From: Gammaproteobacteria bacterium
GTDB taxonomy: Bacteria > Pseudomonadota > Gammaproteobacteria > GCA-001735895
Assembly: GCA_050298595.1 (NCBI GenBank)
Contig: JBNKUM010000089.1
Location: forward strand, 1 to 64,000
Length of the DNA stretch: 64,000 bases
Direction: 5' to 3'
Positions 43,617 to 54,368 of the stretch are shown one piece after another. Under the pieces are notes generated by a model. That model did not search any database. It was not told where the DNA came from and saw only the letters and a program-made list of their open reading frames with translations. The position numbers and the translations under genes are program-made. Within the stretch, counting starts at the first letter, position 1, and each line of letters starts with the position of its first letter.

Positions 43617-45506
43617 ATGAGTCCACAGCAACAAAAGCTTGATCAACAACGCCTCTTCATGTCGGGTAACGAGGCTGTTGCCCTCGGTATGTGGCAGGCT
43701 GGTTGTCGTGTTGCCGCCGCTTACCCCGGCACACCATCCACCGAAATTCTGGAATATGCCGCCCAGTATGAGGACATGTATAGCGAATGGTCAGTCAATG
43801 AAAAGGTATCACTGGAAGTCGCCATTGGTGCCTCGCTGGCAGGTAGCCGAGCTTTTTGTGCGATGAAACATGTTGGCCTGAATGTCGCTTCCGATGCATT
43901 GATGAGCCAGACACTCGCTGGGGTTAACGCTGGACTGGTGATTGCAGTCGCCGATGACGTAGGTCTTTCCTCTTCGCAAAACGAGCAGGATTCACGCTAC
44001 TGGGGACGCTTTGCGCATGTGCCGATACTGGAGCCCTGTGACTCGCAGGAAGCCTACGAAATGTGTGCCTCAGCATTCGAGATTTCTGAGCAATTCGATA
44101 CGCCTGTTATCCTGCGCCTGACCACTCGCATCTGTCATGTAAAAGGCGTTGTAGTCGCCAGTGGAGAGCGTTGGCAACGCAGCGAAGAAAAAAGCTTCGA
44201 ATACACACCCAACAAATACGTGATGACACCGGCTAATGCGCGCGGGCGCATTCCATTGATGTTCGAACGCGACAATCAACTTGCCAGTTACAGCGCAACA
44301 AGCAAGTTAAACTACGCGCTGGAGGGCAGTGATAAACGCATTGGCTTTATCACCTCAGGGCCGACCTTTTTACACGTACAGGAAGCATTCCCCGATGCAC
44401 CTATTTACAAGCTGGGGATGAGTTACCCAGCACCGATGGAAAAGCTGCGTGAATTTGCTACTTCTGTAGAAAAACTGATCATAGTGGAAGAAATCGAACC
44501 ATTGCTGGAAACTGAAATGAAAGCCGCAGGCATCGATGTGATCGGCAAACATCTGCTACCGAAGTTTGGTGAATTATCACCACAGGTTTTACTGCCAGCC
44601 ATCAACCCCTTGCTGGGCCGAGCCGATATTAAAGCCCAGCCCGAGACCCAGAATGTCACAGTAAAACTCGATGTAAGCAAAACAGGCGCTGAGATATTCC
44701 CACGCCCACCCACCATGTGCGTGGCCTGTCCACACCTCGGTATCTACTACACATTGTCGCATATTCGAAACAAAATCATTTCCGGGGATATCGGCTGTTA
44801 CACACTGGGAGCCGGTCATCCGTGGAACTCTCTGGATAGCTGTATCTGCATGGGTGCCTCCATGGGCGTTGCTCATGGACTGGATAAGGGTCGCACTGAA
44901 GCCGATGCCAACAAAAGCATTATTGCAGTCATCGGTGACTCAACCTTTATGCATATGGGCATGCAGGGCCTGCTCGATATCGCCTATAATAGGGGCAATG
45001 TCACTGTACTATTGCTGGACAATCGCGCTGTTGGGATGACCGGTGGACAGGAAAACCCGGGCACAGGGCACGACATACATGGCAATGAAACCCCTAGAGT
45101 CGATTTTCGTAAACTCACTGAAGCTATTGGCATCAAGCCAGAACGTATTCACGAGGTGAATCCCTACGAATTACCCACTTTATTTAAGGCCCTGCGTGCT
45201 GAAACCAAAATAAATGAAGCTTCGGTTATTATCACTAATCAGCCCTGTGTACTGGTCGATTACTATGCGACCAAGGCTCCCTATGAAGTTAAAGAGGATG
45301 TCTGTACCGGCTGCACCAACTGCCTGGATGTCGGGTGCCCGGCAATCAGCGTAACCCGTCGCGAAACCGTAATGAAACCCAACGGCAAGGAAAAAGAGCT
45401 CGCGTTCGTCAGCATAGATAGCCAGGCATGTACCGGCTGCGAACTCTGCCTGAAAACCTGTGGCCCGAATGCCATTCTACCTGTCGCTGATTTTTCCAGA
45501 GGTTAA
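43617..45506 (+). CDS. iorA: Indolepyruvate:ferredoxin oxidoreductase alpha subunit
   Basis: GNEA, YPGTPS.E, NEKV, MKHVGLN, SSQNEQD, RPP.MC..C.H, GDIGCY, GDSTF, C-terminal 2x[4Fe-4S]. Confidence 0.93.
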   Translation: MSPQQQKLDQQRLFMSGNEAVALGMWQAGCRVAAAYPGTPSTEILEYAAQYEDMYSEWSVNEKVSLEVAIGASLAGSRAFCAMKHVGLNVASDALMSQTLAGVNAGLVIAVADDVGLSSSQNEQDSRYWGRFAHVPILEPCDSQEAYEMCASAFEISEQFDTPVILRLTTRICHVKGVVVASGERWQRSEEKSFEYTPNKYVMTPANARGRIPLMFERDNQLASYSATSKLNYALEGSDKRIGFITSGPTFLHVQEAFPDAPIYKLGMSYPAPMEKLREFATSVEKLIIVEEIEPLLETEMKAAGIDVIGKHLLPKFGELSPQVLLPAINPLLGRADIKAQPETQNVTVKLDVSKTGAEIFPRPPTMCVACPHLGIYYTLSHIRNKIISGDIGCYTLGAGHPWNSLDSCICMGASMGVAHGLDKGRTEADANKSIIAVIGDSTFMHMGMQGLLDIAYNRGNVTVLLLDNRAVGMTGGQENPGTGHDIHGNETPRVDFRKLTEAIGIKPERIHEVNPYELPTLFKALRAETKINEASVIITNQPCVLVDYYATKAPYEVKEDVCTGCTNCLDVGCPAISVTRRETVMKPNGKEKELAFVSIDSQACTGCELCLKTCGPNAILPVADFSRG

Positions 45507-45508
45507 CT

Positions 45509-46114
45509 ATGAAGACAGCAAACTCTATCACCAATATCCTGGTCGCCGGCATTGGTGGACAGGGGGTAATGACCGCTGCCGAAATCTTATCGCAAACCGC
45601 GCTATCACTCGGCTACGATGTGAAAAAAACCGAAGTCGCTGGTATGGCCCAACGTGGTGGCATAGTAACCTCGCATGTGCGTTTTGGTGATAAAGTTCTA
45701 TCACCGGCCATCCCGCATGGAGAAGCAGACATACTGGTGGGTTTTGAACCAGCCGAGGCACTACGCTGGATGCAGGAACTAAAGCCCGATGGCGTCGCCA
45801 TGGTTAATCTCGACCAGCAAAAGCCCCCGATAGTCAGCATCGGCCTGTTTGATTACCCCGAAAACCCGGTCGCACAAATGCAGGCCAGTGGTATCAAGGT
45901 ATTCCCCTTCGAAGCCGGTAAAATCGCGCGGGATCTGGGCAACTTTCGTCTGGTCAATAGTGTTATGCTAGGCGCTATTTCCAGTTACCTGCCTTTCGAT
46001 AGCGACATTTTGAAAAATTCCATTCTGGATCGTTTCCGTAAGAGCAAGCCAAAGCTGGTTGATATCAATAAACTGGCATTTGAATGTGGCAGAGAATCTG
46101 TCGCTCAGGCCTGA
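45509..46114 (+). CDS. iorB: Indolepyruvate:ferredoxin oxidoreductase beta subunit
   Basis: G.GGQG, GMAQRGG.V.SHVR, N..MLG. Confidence 0.92.
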   Translation: MKTANSITNILVAGIGGQGVMTAAEILSQTALSLGYDVKKTEVAGMAQRGGIVTSHVRFGDKVLSPAIPHGEADILVGFEPAEALRWMQELKPDGVAMVNLDQQKPPIVSIGLFDYPENPVAQMQASGIKVFPFEAGKIARDLGNFRLVNSVMLGAISSYLPFDSDILKNSILDRFRKSKPKLVDINKLAFECGRESVAQA

Positions 46115-46133
46115 ACACTAAAGGAATACTTTC

Positions 46134-47021
46134 ATGCGTTTTAACATATTAAGATTTAGCAAAGGAGCTGGGCTCTCTTTCCTGTTAATGCTAACAACCC
46201 TGGAGGCAGCACAGGCAAAGAGTCCAGTATGGAAGGTTGAAAATGGTAACAACATCACCTATCTGGCAGGCACCATACACGTGTTACGCAGCTCGGATTA
46301 TCCGCTACCCGCTGCTTTCGAACAGGCCTATAAGCACTCTCAAATTGTCACCTTTGAAGTCGATATCGCGCAAAGTCAGAGTGCGGAATTTAATCAGGCC
46401 ATGCTAAAAACAGCTTTATTGCCAGAGGGCAAAACATTACATGATTATATCAATGATGAGACCTATCAATTATTACTCGATTATCTAAAAAGTAACCATC
46501 TAACCATCCAGCAGTTCAGCGGATTAAAACCATCCATGCTCGCGATTACCTTAACCATGCTGGAGCTGCAGAAAATGGGAGTAGGTGGACAAGGTGTTGA
46601 TGAACACTTTTATGCCCGCGCCAGCAAAGATGGCAAAACACTACAGGCACTGGAAAGCATCCAGCAACAAATTGATTTTATCGCCCAGATGGGTGCAGGC
46701 GTAGAAGATGAAATGATCCGTCAGACACTAGCCGATATCGCCACACTGCAAACTGAGTTTGATAGCATGACTAAAAGCTGGCGCAACGGTGATCGTAAAC
46801 AGCTAGAAGAGTTTTTTGTAAAACCCATGCGCGAACAGTTTGAACCTATGTACCAACAACTGCTGGTACAGAGAAACCAGAAATGGATGTCTAAAATCAA
46901 GCAATACCTGCAAACTCCTGCCACAGAATTCGTCATGGTCGGCAGTGCTCATTTGATCGGACCAGACGGACTGCTACAACAACTCAGCAAATCAGGCTAT
47001 CGAATCAGCCAGCTTGATTGA
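46134..47021 (+). CDS. TraB/GumN (TIKI) family exported protein
   Basis: YL.GTIH, LES...Q, RN..W, VG.AHL.G. Confidence 0.85.
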   Translation: MRFNILRFSKGAGLSFLLMLTTLEAAQAKSPVWKVENGNNITYLAGTIHVLRSSDYPLPAAFEQAYKHSQIVTFEVDIAQSQSAEFNQAMLKTALLPEGKTLHDYINDETYQLLLDYLKSNHLTIQQFSGLKPSMLAITLTMLELQKMGVGGQGVDEHFYARASKDGKTLQALESIQQQIDFIAQMGAGVEDEMIRQTLADIATLQTEFDSMTKSWRNGDRKQLEEFFVKPMREQFEPMYQQLLVQRNQKWMSKIKQYLQTPATEFVMVGSAHLIGPDGLLQQLSKSGYRISQLD

Positions 47022-47926
47022 TGAACAACCTGCTGACCTACCTGAAGCTGCTGGGTGCGGTACTTGCCTGGGGCGGTACCTTTATTGCTGCCAAGTATGC
47101 TGTTATCGATGCATCGATTGAAGTCAGTGCCCTTCTACGTTTTACTGTAGCTTCGGTAGTTTTACTGCTTATACTCAGACTGCAGCTGGGCCGATTGCCC
47201 AGTTTAAATTCTCAGCAACTGTTTTATATCACACTACTAGGATTAACCGGTGTAGCTTTATACAACCTGTTTTTCTTTTTCGGCCTACAAACCGTTGAAG
47301 CTGGCCGGGGCGCTTTAATCATCACCTCCAATCCACTGTGGGTTGCATTGGGTTCGGTATGGTTTTTTCACCAACGTTTCAGGTTTATCAATATTGCAGG
47401 GCTGATGATCTGCAGCCTGGGGGTTGCTATTGTTTTATCACGTGGGCAACTTGCGGTACTGTTTTCTCAGGGCGTGGCACTGGGGGAACTTTCTCTACTT
47501 GGCTGTGCATTATCGTGGGCTGCCTATACCCTACTCGGTAAAAAACTGATGAACTCATCCAGCCCATTACAACCTTTGGCCTTAGTGACCTATTCCTGCG
47601 TCAGCGGTAGCCTGTTATTACTGCTGTGGATTGTTTTATCTGGACACCCGCTACGTATCCATAATAACACCGTCAATCTGTGGGGCTCGATATCCTACCT
47701 GTCGTTGCTGGGTACAGTCGCGGGATTTGTCTGGTTTTTCCAGGGGGTGCAGAAAATAGGTGCGGCACAGGCTGCTGTGTTTGTGTTCTTTGTCCCTGTG
47801 AGCGCTATACTACTCGGATTCCTGATTTTGAATGAAGCGATTACTTTGTCACTTTTTATCGGTGCGGTACTCATTATAAGCGGGGTTGCGATGGTTAATA
47901 AACCAGCAAAATATCAGGCGCTTTGA
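47018..47926 (+). CDS. EamA/DMT transporter
   Basis: 10-TM duplicated EamA pattern. Confidence 0.85.
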   Translation: MMNNLLTYLKLLGAVLAWGGTFIAAKYAVIDASIEVSALLRFTVASVVLLLILRLQLGRLPSLNSQQLFYITLLGLTGVALYNLFFFFGLQTVEAGRGALIITSNPLWVALGSVWFFHQRFRFINIAGLMICSLGVAIVLSRGQLAVLFSQGVALGELSLLGCALSWAAYTLLGKKLMNSSSPLQPLALVTYSCVSGSLLLLLWIVLSGHPLRIHNNTVNLWGSISYLSLLGTVAGFVWFFQGVQKIGAAQAAVFVFFVPVSAILLGFLILNEAITLSLFIGAVLIISGVAMVNKPAKYQAL

Positions 47927-48051
47927 TTTTAAAAAATTAAATCTGATCCAGGGTGACTCGAACCCTGGTATAAGCTGGTATAAATGTTTAAAGAAGTCAG
48001 AGCATATTTGCTCTGACTCCGTTTTACAACTAATACATACTAACTCTTATA

Positions 48052-48447
48052 TCAACTGCTCAAGACAGGACCATATTTTCTATCGATGACAGGGATATGG
48101 TTATCCAGCCAATCCTTGATAAAAGTCATGGTATCCGCTCCGATTTCTGCTTCGTTCGCATGAAACTTCTCCTGCAAATCGGCGCAGGTATTAACGAGAT
48201 CCGCGTGTACTTCCTTGTGTTTATCTAGATCGACATAGCCTTTTTCCTCCATTTGGCGCTCTTCATCCTGAAAATGCTTCACTACATATTCGATCAGACT
48301 ATCAAGGCAACTGCCAATCACTGGCCGCTCACCTTGTGAAACTGCCGAATTCAATGCATTTACCCGTTTAAATAACTCCTGATGTTGCTCATCAAAAAAT
48401 GCTACAGATGTGCCATAGTCTTCCTGTGTCCACTTCATTAATGTCAT
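48052..48447 (-). CDS. Single-domain bacteriohemerythrin
   Basis: DEQH, HF..EE, H...H, W...HI...D iron ligands; start MTLM at 48447. Confidence 0.9.
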   Translation of the reverse strand: MTLMKWTQEDYGTSVAFFDEQHQELFKRVNALNSAVSQGERPVIGSCLDSLIEYVVKHFQDEERQMEEKGYVDLDKHKEVHADLVNTCADLQEKFHANEAEIGADTMTFIKDWLDNHIPVIDRKYGPVLSS

Positions 48448-48779
48448 GTTATTTCCTCTTTTTATGAGTTTCCTTATGTAATATCCATTTTTGCAAACGT
48501 GAATCGACATAAATTCATCGCCTATCCTGTTCTCCAATGGGTCGCTTTCCCAATAGATACGTAACGGCTGTTCACACGTACCAAAACCCCAGGGGGGTCA
48601 GAAAATAGCGCACAGTCAACTACTGGTAAAGGAACTATTTAACAAATTCTATCGAGATATTCACATTAAAACCCTGGAGCTTGTCTTTTGAGTAAGCTAA
48701 AAAAATTTAAGCGGAAGACTTCGACACCTTTTCGATATCTCATTCTATACACTCAAAGGCTTCCCCGTCTAAACACAAA

Positions 48780-49256
48780 CGCCTAAAGCAGAATTAAAAA
48801 AAGCCCTCAACGATAAATTCAAACTTGCCTCAAAGGTTTATAAAGCCCCCTCTCGGTTGTCACTATTGAGGCAAAGACCGGAACCGGATCTGTATTTTTT
48901 ATTATCAATGATGACTTTATAATCACCAATAAACACGTAGTCAGACCCATCACATCAATACATAATGAAGATCAGAATCTGGCACTACTTAAAAGGGACA
49001 ATGACACAACACCAGCGCTGAAATAAAAAAAACATCCTCTTCTCAGGGTGCATTAGTATTTACCATTAGAAGTCCATTAGGTATTTCAGATTCTTTAACC
49101 ACGGGCATCATTACCAAGCCCGATTTAGATCATCTAATCACCGACACATAAATCCTGCACGGTAGTAGCGAAGAGCCACTAATCAATGCCGATAGTATTG
49201 TACCTGGTGTGAATATCGCTATCGTGTCAAAAATAGTTTACGAAACAGCGGGTTAG
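48780..49256 (+). pseudogene. Decayed trypsin-like (HtrA-type) serine protease
   Basis: Fragments VVTIEAKTGTGSVFFI..ITNKHVV, SPLGISDSLTTGII, ITDT*ILHGSSEEPLIN..GVN with stops/frameshifts; boundaries approximate. Confidence 0.7.
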
Positions 49257-49334
49257 TCTCTAACGCGAGAGGTCAACTGCGGAATCTATGTTCAAGCATT
49301 AAACATCGGATTAAAACTCTTTACTACAGGCTTT

Positions 49335-49610
49335 TCAGGAAACACGAATCCTGACCACTTTCATCGTTTCAAATTCTATGCCGGCGATTAACTCAGCTTG
49401 CGGGTAGTAGGTTAAATTCACTGTCGCTCCCGTTAGATTTTTGTAACGTTTTTTTCGCTTGTATTTGAACGGGACTTCACAATTTTCAATCATTATCGTA
49501 TTAATAAACCACTCCCCACTTTGACGTTGTACATGAGAAGTCACTTTCATCATATCCGAGTGGATCAGCTGCGGGTTCTTCTTAAGTAGCTTATCAACCT
49601 GGGACTTCAT
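49335..49610 (-). CDS. Small hypothetical protein
   Basis: Clean 91-aa ORF with RBS; family not identified. Confidence 0.6.
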   Translation of the reverse strand: MKSQVDKLLKKNPQLIHSDMMKVTSHVQRQSGEWFINTIMIENCEVPFKYKRKKRYKNLTGATVNLTYYPQAELIAGIEFETMKVVRIRVS

Positions 49611-49807
49611 CGTTGTTAATTCTCTAATATTTGTTAATTGATCATCTGACTGCTACAGTCCTCATCTTACTGGCCCACTAAGATGACACTATACTCGCTG
49701 AGTAAAAGCTCAATAGCAACCCGATAATGAACAGATTTTATTCCATGCTCTGTAGCATGATTTTCCTTGCTTGACTTGAAAAAGGTGGCACTTCATAGTC
49801 GCGCAGC

Positions 49808-50950
49808 ATGAATGATAATAATTCTACATTGGAGCCAGAACCAGGCCTGAGTCTTGACGTGCGCGTCAGGGCTGACCGCCTGCAGCTATTATATCACCAG
49901 TCATTTCCTGCGGTCTTCACCAGCCTTATTGTGGCATTGCTGTTATTCTCGATATTGTGGGGACATGTGCGGAATGAACTGCTAATTGGCTGGATGATTT
50001 GCATCGTAATCTCTGTTGCTATCCGATTCCTGCTGTTTTGGGAATTTCGACGCCGCAAACCCGACAGCTTACAGATTCTGGACTGGCAACTCCCCTATGC
50101 AGTCACGCTGTTTATCTCCTCTCTGGTATGGGGACTGGGTGTATTATGGATCATGACCGAGAATGAGCTGCTGTATCAGGTTATAGCTTTTATCTTCCTG
50201 CTTGGCATGGCAGGTGGCGCTATCTCTCTCTATTCCGCTCACCGTGTCATGGCGATTGGTGCGATGCTCAGTGTATTACTCCCAGCCACACTCTGGCTAT
50301 TGTTTCAGTGGCAAATACCTGAAGTCAACCTGAGCCTGGCGGCGATATTATTTATGGGCGTATTAATACGCACCAGTAATGTGTTGTCTTCCGCTTTAAG
50401 CAGCAACTTCAGATTAGCGCATCGACTTGCCATCGCCAAACAGAGCGCTGAGCAGCTTGCCCAGACCGACTTTCTGACTGGACTGGATAACCGTCGAGCT
50501 TTCTTTGAGCACGGACAGGTGTTAAGTAATTATTGCGAACGCAACCAGCTTGCGCTCAGCGTTATCATGATGGACGCTGATCATTTCAAACAAATCAATG
50601 ACCGTTACGGTCATGCTGCTGGCGATACCGTATTACTGCAGCTGGCCAAGCTGTTAAAAAACACCCTGCGAAAATCCGATGTATGTGGGCGTATGGGAGG
50701 CGAGGAATTCGCCATACTTTTGCCCGATACTTCACTTAGTGAAGCTGCAGCTCTGGCGGATAGATTTTGTCAGCTGTATGCATCAACGCCTGCCAACATC
50801 AATGGGCAGGTAGTGACTAATACGGTCAGTATCGGTGTAGCTCATGACGGATACGATATCGACCACCTGTTACATTGTGCAGACCAGGCACTTTACCAGG
50901 CTAAGTCAGCAGGTCGTAACCGGGTAGTTTCTGCGGTTTGTAAGGCCTAG
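49808..50950 (+). CDS. Membrane-bound diguanylate cyclase
   Basis: Multiple TM segments + D.LTGL.NRR, DADHFK.IND.YGH..GD, RKSD I-site, GGEEF. Confidence 0.92.
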   Translation: MNDNNSTLEPEPGLSLDVRVRADRLQLLYHQSFPAVFTSLIVALLLFSILWGHVRNELLIGWMICIVISVAIRFLLFWEFRRRKPDSLQILDWQLPYAVTLFISSLVWGLGVLWIMTENELLYQVIAFIFLLGMAGGAISLYSAHRVMAIGAMLSVLLPATLWLLFQWQIPEVNLSLAAILFMGVLIRTSNVLSSALSSNFRLAHRLAIAKQSAEQLAQTDFLTGLDNRRAFFEHGQVLSNYCERNQLALSVIMMDADHFKQINDRYGHAAGDTVLLQLAKLLKNTLRKSDVCGRMGGEEFAILLPDTSLSEAAALADRFCQLYASTPANINGQVVTNTVSIGVAHDGYDIDHLLHCADQALYQAKSAGRNRVVSAVCKA

Positions 50951-51076
50951 AAACAGTCTGTAACTTAGTTTGCAAATAGAGCTGTTTCATCAGATATGTT
51001 TTCTTCGTGTTCTCGGTTACCACTCGGCTCAGGCATCCTGCCTTAATCTGTGTCCTTCGTCGTTAATTAACTGAGT

Positions 51077-51313
51077 TCACTTAAGCTTGGAAGCCCAAAT
51101 AGCCAGCTTATGCCGCATGGTGACCTGAGATACATCGATTTCTGGAATGGGCTGGATGACCTTGTCATGAACCAGCAACCGGTAGATATACTCTATTTTT
51201 TCATTGGCTGAGTCGGTGGCTTCGAACTCCACTACACCTCTACCTTCTCCGTATTTAATCCCTTCTTCAATCGCCTTTTTAATCAGCTCTTTTTCATTCT
51301 TGAGTTTTTTCAT
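51077..51313 (-). CDS. DUF5062-like small protein
   Basis: MKKLKNE.EL.KKA...G..Y...RG, YRLLVHDK.IQP. Confidence 0.7.
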   Translation of the reverse strand: MKKLKNEKELIKKAIEEGIKYGEGRGVVEFEATDSANEKIEYIYRLLVHDKVIQPIPEIDVSQVTMRHKLAIWASKLK

Positions 51314-51398
51314 GCCGGACCTTTCTTGCCTTAAGCGGATGCCGACTAGATTAGTCGCTGCTCTTCGCGCGGTCAATCACCGGACAATGTAAGGACTC

Positions 51399-52775
51399 TT
51401 AAGCACATATTTGCTGATACATTTGCATGGCACTGGAAGACTCCTTGCCGGTTAAAATGAAACCAACCAGCTTGCCTTCAGACAGGTACTCAATATGCTG
51501 ATCGTTCACATCTCTGCGCTCCAGCGCACTTTGATCCAGAGTATTTGGCAGACATATAGTAAGTGGAAAACTCGGTGTTTTCACGCGCACCAGAGGAGAT
51601 ACTGACTGAAAAGGTACAACATTCCCTTTCAGCTGAGCTGCAATAGTTTCAGCCTGCCGACGTATGGGCTCTATGTACGCAAATATCTGACCATCAACCT
51701 CTGCACAATCTCCAATTGCATACACATCGGCAACTGAACTACGCATCAGGTGATCGGTGATAATACCCTTACCTACTACCAGCCCGGCTTTTTCGGCCAG
51801 TTGTGTATTGGCCTGTAAGCCCGCAGCCGACAACACCAGATCGGTTTCCAGTGCCGTTCCGTCAGCAAGAACGGCTCGTAAACGGTCAGCATTGTGCTCT
51901 ACCTGATCCAGCGTAGTACCCAGATGCCAGTCAACACCTCTTTGCTGAAGCTGGGCCTTTAATTGCTGTGATACATCATTCGGTAGCAAACTGGGCATTG
52001 CGTGATCACCAGGTTCGATCACACTAACCTTGTAACCTGCTGATGACAAATCTTCGGCAAATTCACAGCCGATAAGGCCTGCGCCCAGAATGGTGACATG
52101 TCGAACACCTTCATCCAGACGTTTACGTAATTTTTTATACGCCATCAGGTCATTAACACTGACAACGCTTTGGGCGGCATCACCCGCTATGGGTATGTGA
52201 CGCTGATGCGCGCCCATGGCGAGAATTAAATGGCCATACTGAATGCCACCTTTTGATGTGGTAATACGCTTTTTCTGCGTATCTATCTTGATCACTCGGG
52301 TTTCGGTTCTCACATCGATATTTAACGATTCAGCTTTGCTGGCCGCATCCATATCGGATAGATCTTCTACTGTTTTACCTTTTGCCAGCGCTGTAGACAA
52401 CGCCGGTTTTGGGTAAATGATGCCTTCGCAGGCTGATACTAAAAGCACAGGCGTTTGCTGGTCCAGTTTACGCACGGCCTCTGCCACCGACCAGCCACCG
52501 ATGCCTGAACCAATAATAACGATGGCATCTTCACTACCTCGACTCGTTTTCTTAGCTGCCGATTTGACAACCTTACTCACAGCAGCCATTACCGGGGCAT
52601 CCGGTAACAGACGTAAATCACTTTTAGTCAGACCACATAATGGGCACTCCCAGTCATCAGGGATATCCTCAAAGCGCGTTCCAGCTATTAGTCCCGAATC
52701 CGGATCCCCGACGGCTTCATCATAGATAAACCCACAGGCATCGCACACATAACGTTTAAAGTCTGACACAGTCAT
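51399..52775 (-). CDS. Rubredoxin fused to NAD(P)H:rubredoxin reductase
   Basis: CDACG..YD, DW.CPLC; [27 protein letters not shown]. Confidence 0.9.
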   Translation of the reverse strand: MTVSDFKRYVCDACGFIYDEAVGDPDSGLIAGTRFEDIPDDWECPLCGLTKSDLRLLPDAPVMAAVSKVVKSAAKKTSRGSEDAIVIIGSGIGGWSVAEAVRKLDQQTPVLLVSACEGIIYPKPALSTALAKGKTVEDLSDMDAASKAESLNIDVRTETRVIKIDTQKKRITTSKGGIQYGHLILAMGAHQRHIPIAGDAAQSVVSVNDLMAYKKLRKRLDEGVRHVTILGAGLIGCEFAEDLSSAGYKVSVIEPGDHAMPSLLPNDVSQQLKAQLQQRGVDWHLGTTLDQVEHNADRLRAVLADGTALETDLVLSAAGLQANTQLAEKAGLVVGKGIITDHLMRSSVADVYAIGDCAEVDGQIFAYIEPIRRQAETIAAQLKGNVVPFQSVSPLVRVKTPSFPLTICLPNTLDQSALERRDVNDQHIEYLSEGKLVGFILTGKESSSAMQMYQQICA

Positions 52776-52778
52776 TAT

Positions 52779-53159
52779 CTAGCCCTCATCTACCGAGTTA
52801 ATGATATTGCTAAAAATTTCATCCAGTTCCTGACCGATAGCTTCAAGCTCTGGCGAATTAAATGGTGTAAATACTTCTCCAGGCATACGGCAGGCAACGA
52901 TGACGTCTTCATCCTGCTCATAAACATGGATTCGCAAAGGAATATCATGCCCTGCTGGCTTGCAGGCTTGCCACACTCGAATGGCAAAATCGGGCCTGAA
53001 TACTTCCAGGATTTGGTCAGCGGGTACGGTTTTACCCATTTTGGCTGCATTGGCCTGACCATTAATATGCGCGACGACACGCATGTTGTTTTGTTCAATG
53101 GCAGCAAGCAAGGTTTCTACAGTTTGCTCCGCTGACAGATTGGATTTGATTTGTTTCAT
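52779..53159 (-). CDS. DUF302-like protein
   Basis: VVAHIN...NA..G, ILEVF.P, PLRI.VYE. Confidence 0.75.
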   Translation of the reverse strand: MKQIKSNLSAEQTVETLLAAIEQNNMRVVAHINGQANAAKMGKTVPADQILEVFRPDFAIRVWQACKPAGHDIPLRIHVYEQDEDVIVACRMPGEVFTPFNSPELEAIGQELDEIFSNIINSVDEG

Positions 53160-53208
53160 CGCATTCTCTTTTATAGAGTGAGGGGCTTAACGCCCCTCGT
53201 GATTAGGA

Positions 53209-54342
53209 TCAGGCTGCGACTGCTACGGTGTCGAGTTCTTTACGCAGATGTTTGATTGCCGGTGTTACGATGGCAATAAAATATGACTCACGTAGTTTCC
53301 TCTGTGCAGGAGCTTCCTTCAGATAACCCTTTGCACCCGTGTGCATCATAGCTGACTGAGAAGCCCGAATGGCCAGTTCACCGGCAGCCAGACGCAGTTG
53401 CAAAATCTCGCGGAAAAACTCATCCGAGGTTTCGAAAGGATCCTCAGCCAGTGCCAGAGTAGCCTCAACAGCGTCATCCAGCTCTTCCTGAAGTTCATCA
53501 GGTCTATCTTCAAGATAACAGTTAACGTGACCTAACAGTGGCTCTACTTCACGGCTGATATCGATACAGGATTGAATATTGCCAACGCCCATACCAAATT
53601 GCAGCAATACCATACCGGCACGAATGCGTTTCAGGAATGCTGCACCATCGTGATCAATAATCATTGAGTCTGGAATAAATACATTGTCAAAGATACAGGC
53701 AAAGGTTCTGGTGCCTTCCAATGCGGTAAAATGCGCGGAAAGTCTGAGTGTAAAACCCTCCGTTGAACAATCTACCAGCGCCATTACCGAGCGACCATTT
53801 GCACCTTCCAGTTCGAATAAGGTACCAAAGACGTGGTTTTCTCCCAGATTAGATACCCAGGGCAGAGAACCGTTGACGATATATCCACCGTCAACTTTCT
53901 TACCTTTCAGACGTAGAGGCTCGATACCGGCAAATGCCTTCATAGTATTCGACATACCGGTACCAGCGAGTACCTCACCGCTGGAAACCTTTGGTAACCA
54001 GATGTCACGTACCTCTGAATTTTCTGCATTTTGCAGATACCATCCACAGGTATCCTGACACCACATGGTAAACCCGGTCGACAGGCATTCATGCGAAACG
54101 GTAGCCATCGCCAGAATAGCTGCTCCCATATCATGAGCGCCATCTGGGCGTGCAAAAGGCAGGTGCTGTTTAAAAGCACCGATGGGGCCAAGTTGACGCA
54201 GGATTTCTTCAGGATAATAACCTTCAATATCAATCTTGTTGGTTAATGGCTTTAAGCTGGTATCGACAATCTGCTGTGTCGCGACTATTAATTCATCGAC
54301 AGATAACAGCTCGTCGATCTTTTTCATTGAGGTTTCGCTCAT
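53209..54342 (-). CDS. Acyl-CoA dehydrogenase-fold flavoprotein, substrate unknown
   Basis: GTGMSN..K, GGY.VNG.LPWVSN, H.GA.GY, R.LRE..F. Confidence 0.82.
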   Translation of the reverse strand: MSETSMKKIDELLSVDELIVATQQIVDTSLKPLTNKIDIEGYYPEEILRQLGPIGAFKQHLPFARPDGAHDMGAAILAMATVSHECLSTGFTMWCQDTCGWYLQNAENSEVRDIWLPKVSSGEVLAGTGMSNTMKAFAGIEPLRLKGKKVDGGYIVNGSLPWVSNLGENHVFGTLFELEGANGRSVMALVDCSTEGFTLRLSAHFTALEGTRTFACIFDNVFIPDSMIIDHDGAAFLKRIRAGMVLLQFGMGVGNIQSCIDISREVEPLLGHVNCYLEDRPDELQEELDDAVEATLALAEDPFETSDEFFREILQLRLAAGELAIRASQSAMMHTGAKGYLKEAPAQRKLRESYFIAIVTPAIKHLRKELDTVAVAA

Positions 54343-54368
54343 AGCTATGGCTCCTTTAAAACCGACAA

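Noticed and set aside
47949-48020. Hairpins between the DMT gene and hemerythrin as a distinct element
   Set aside because: Adequately explained as terminators or a lone REP-like hairpin between convergent genes
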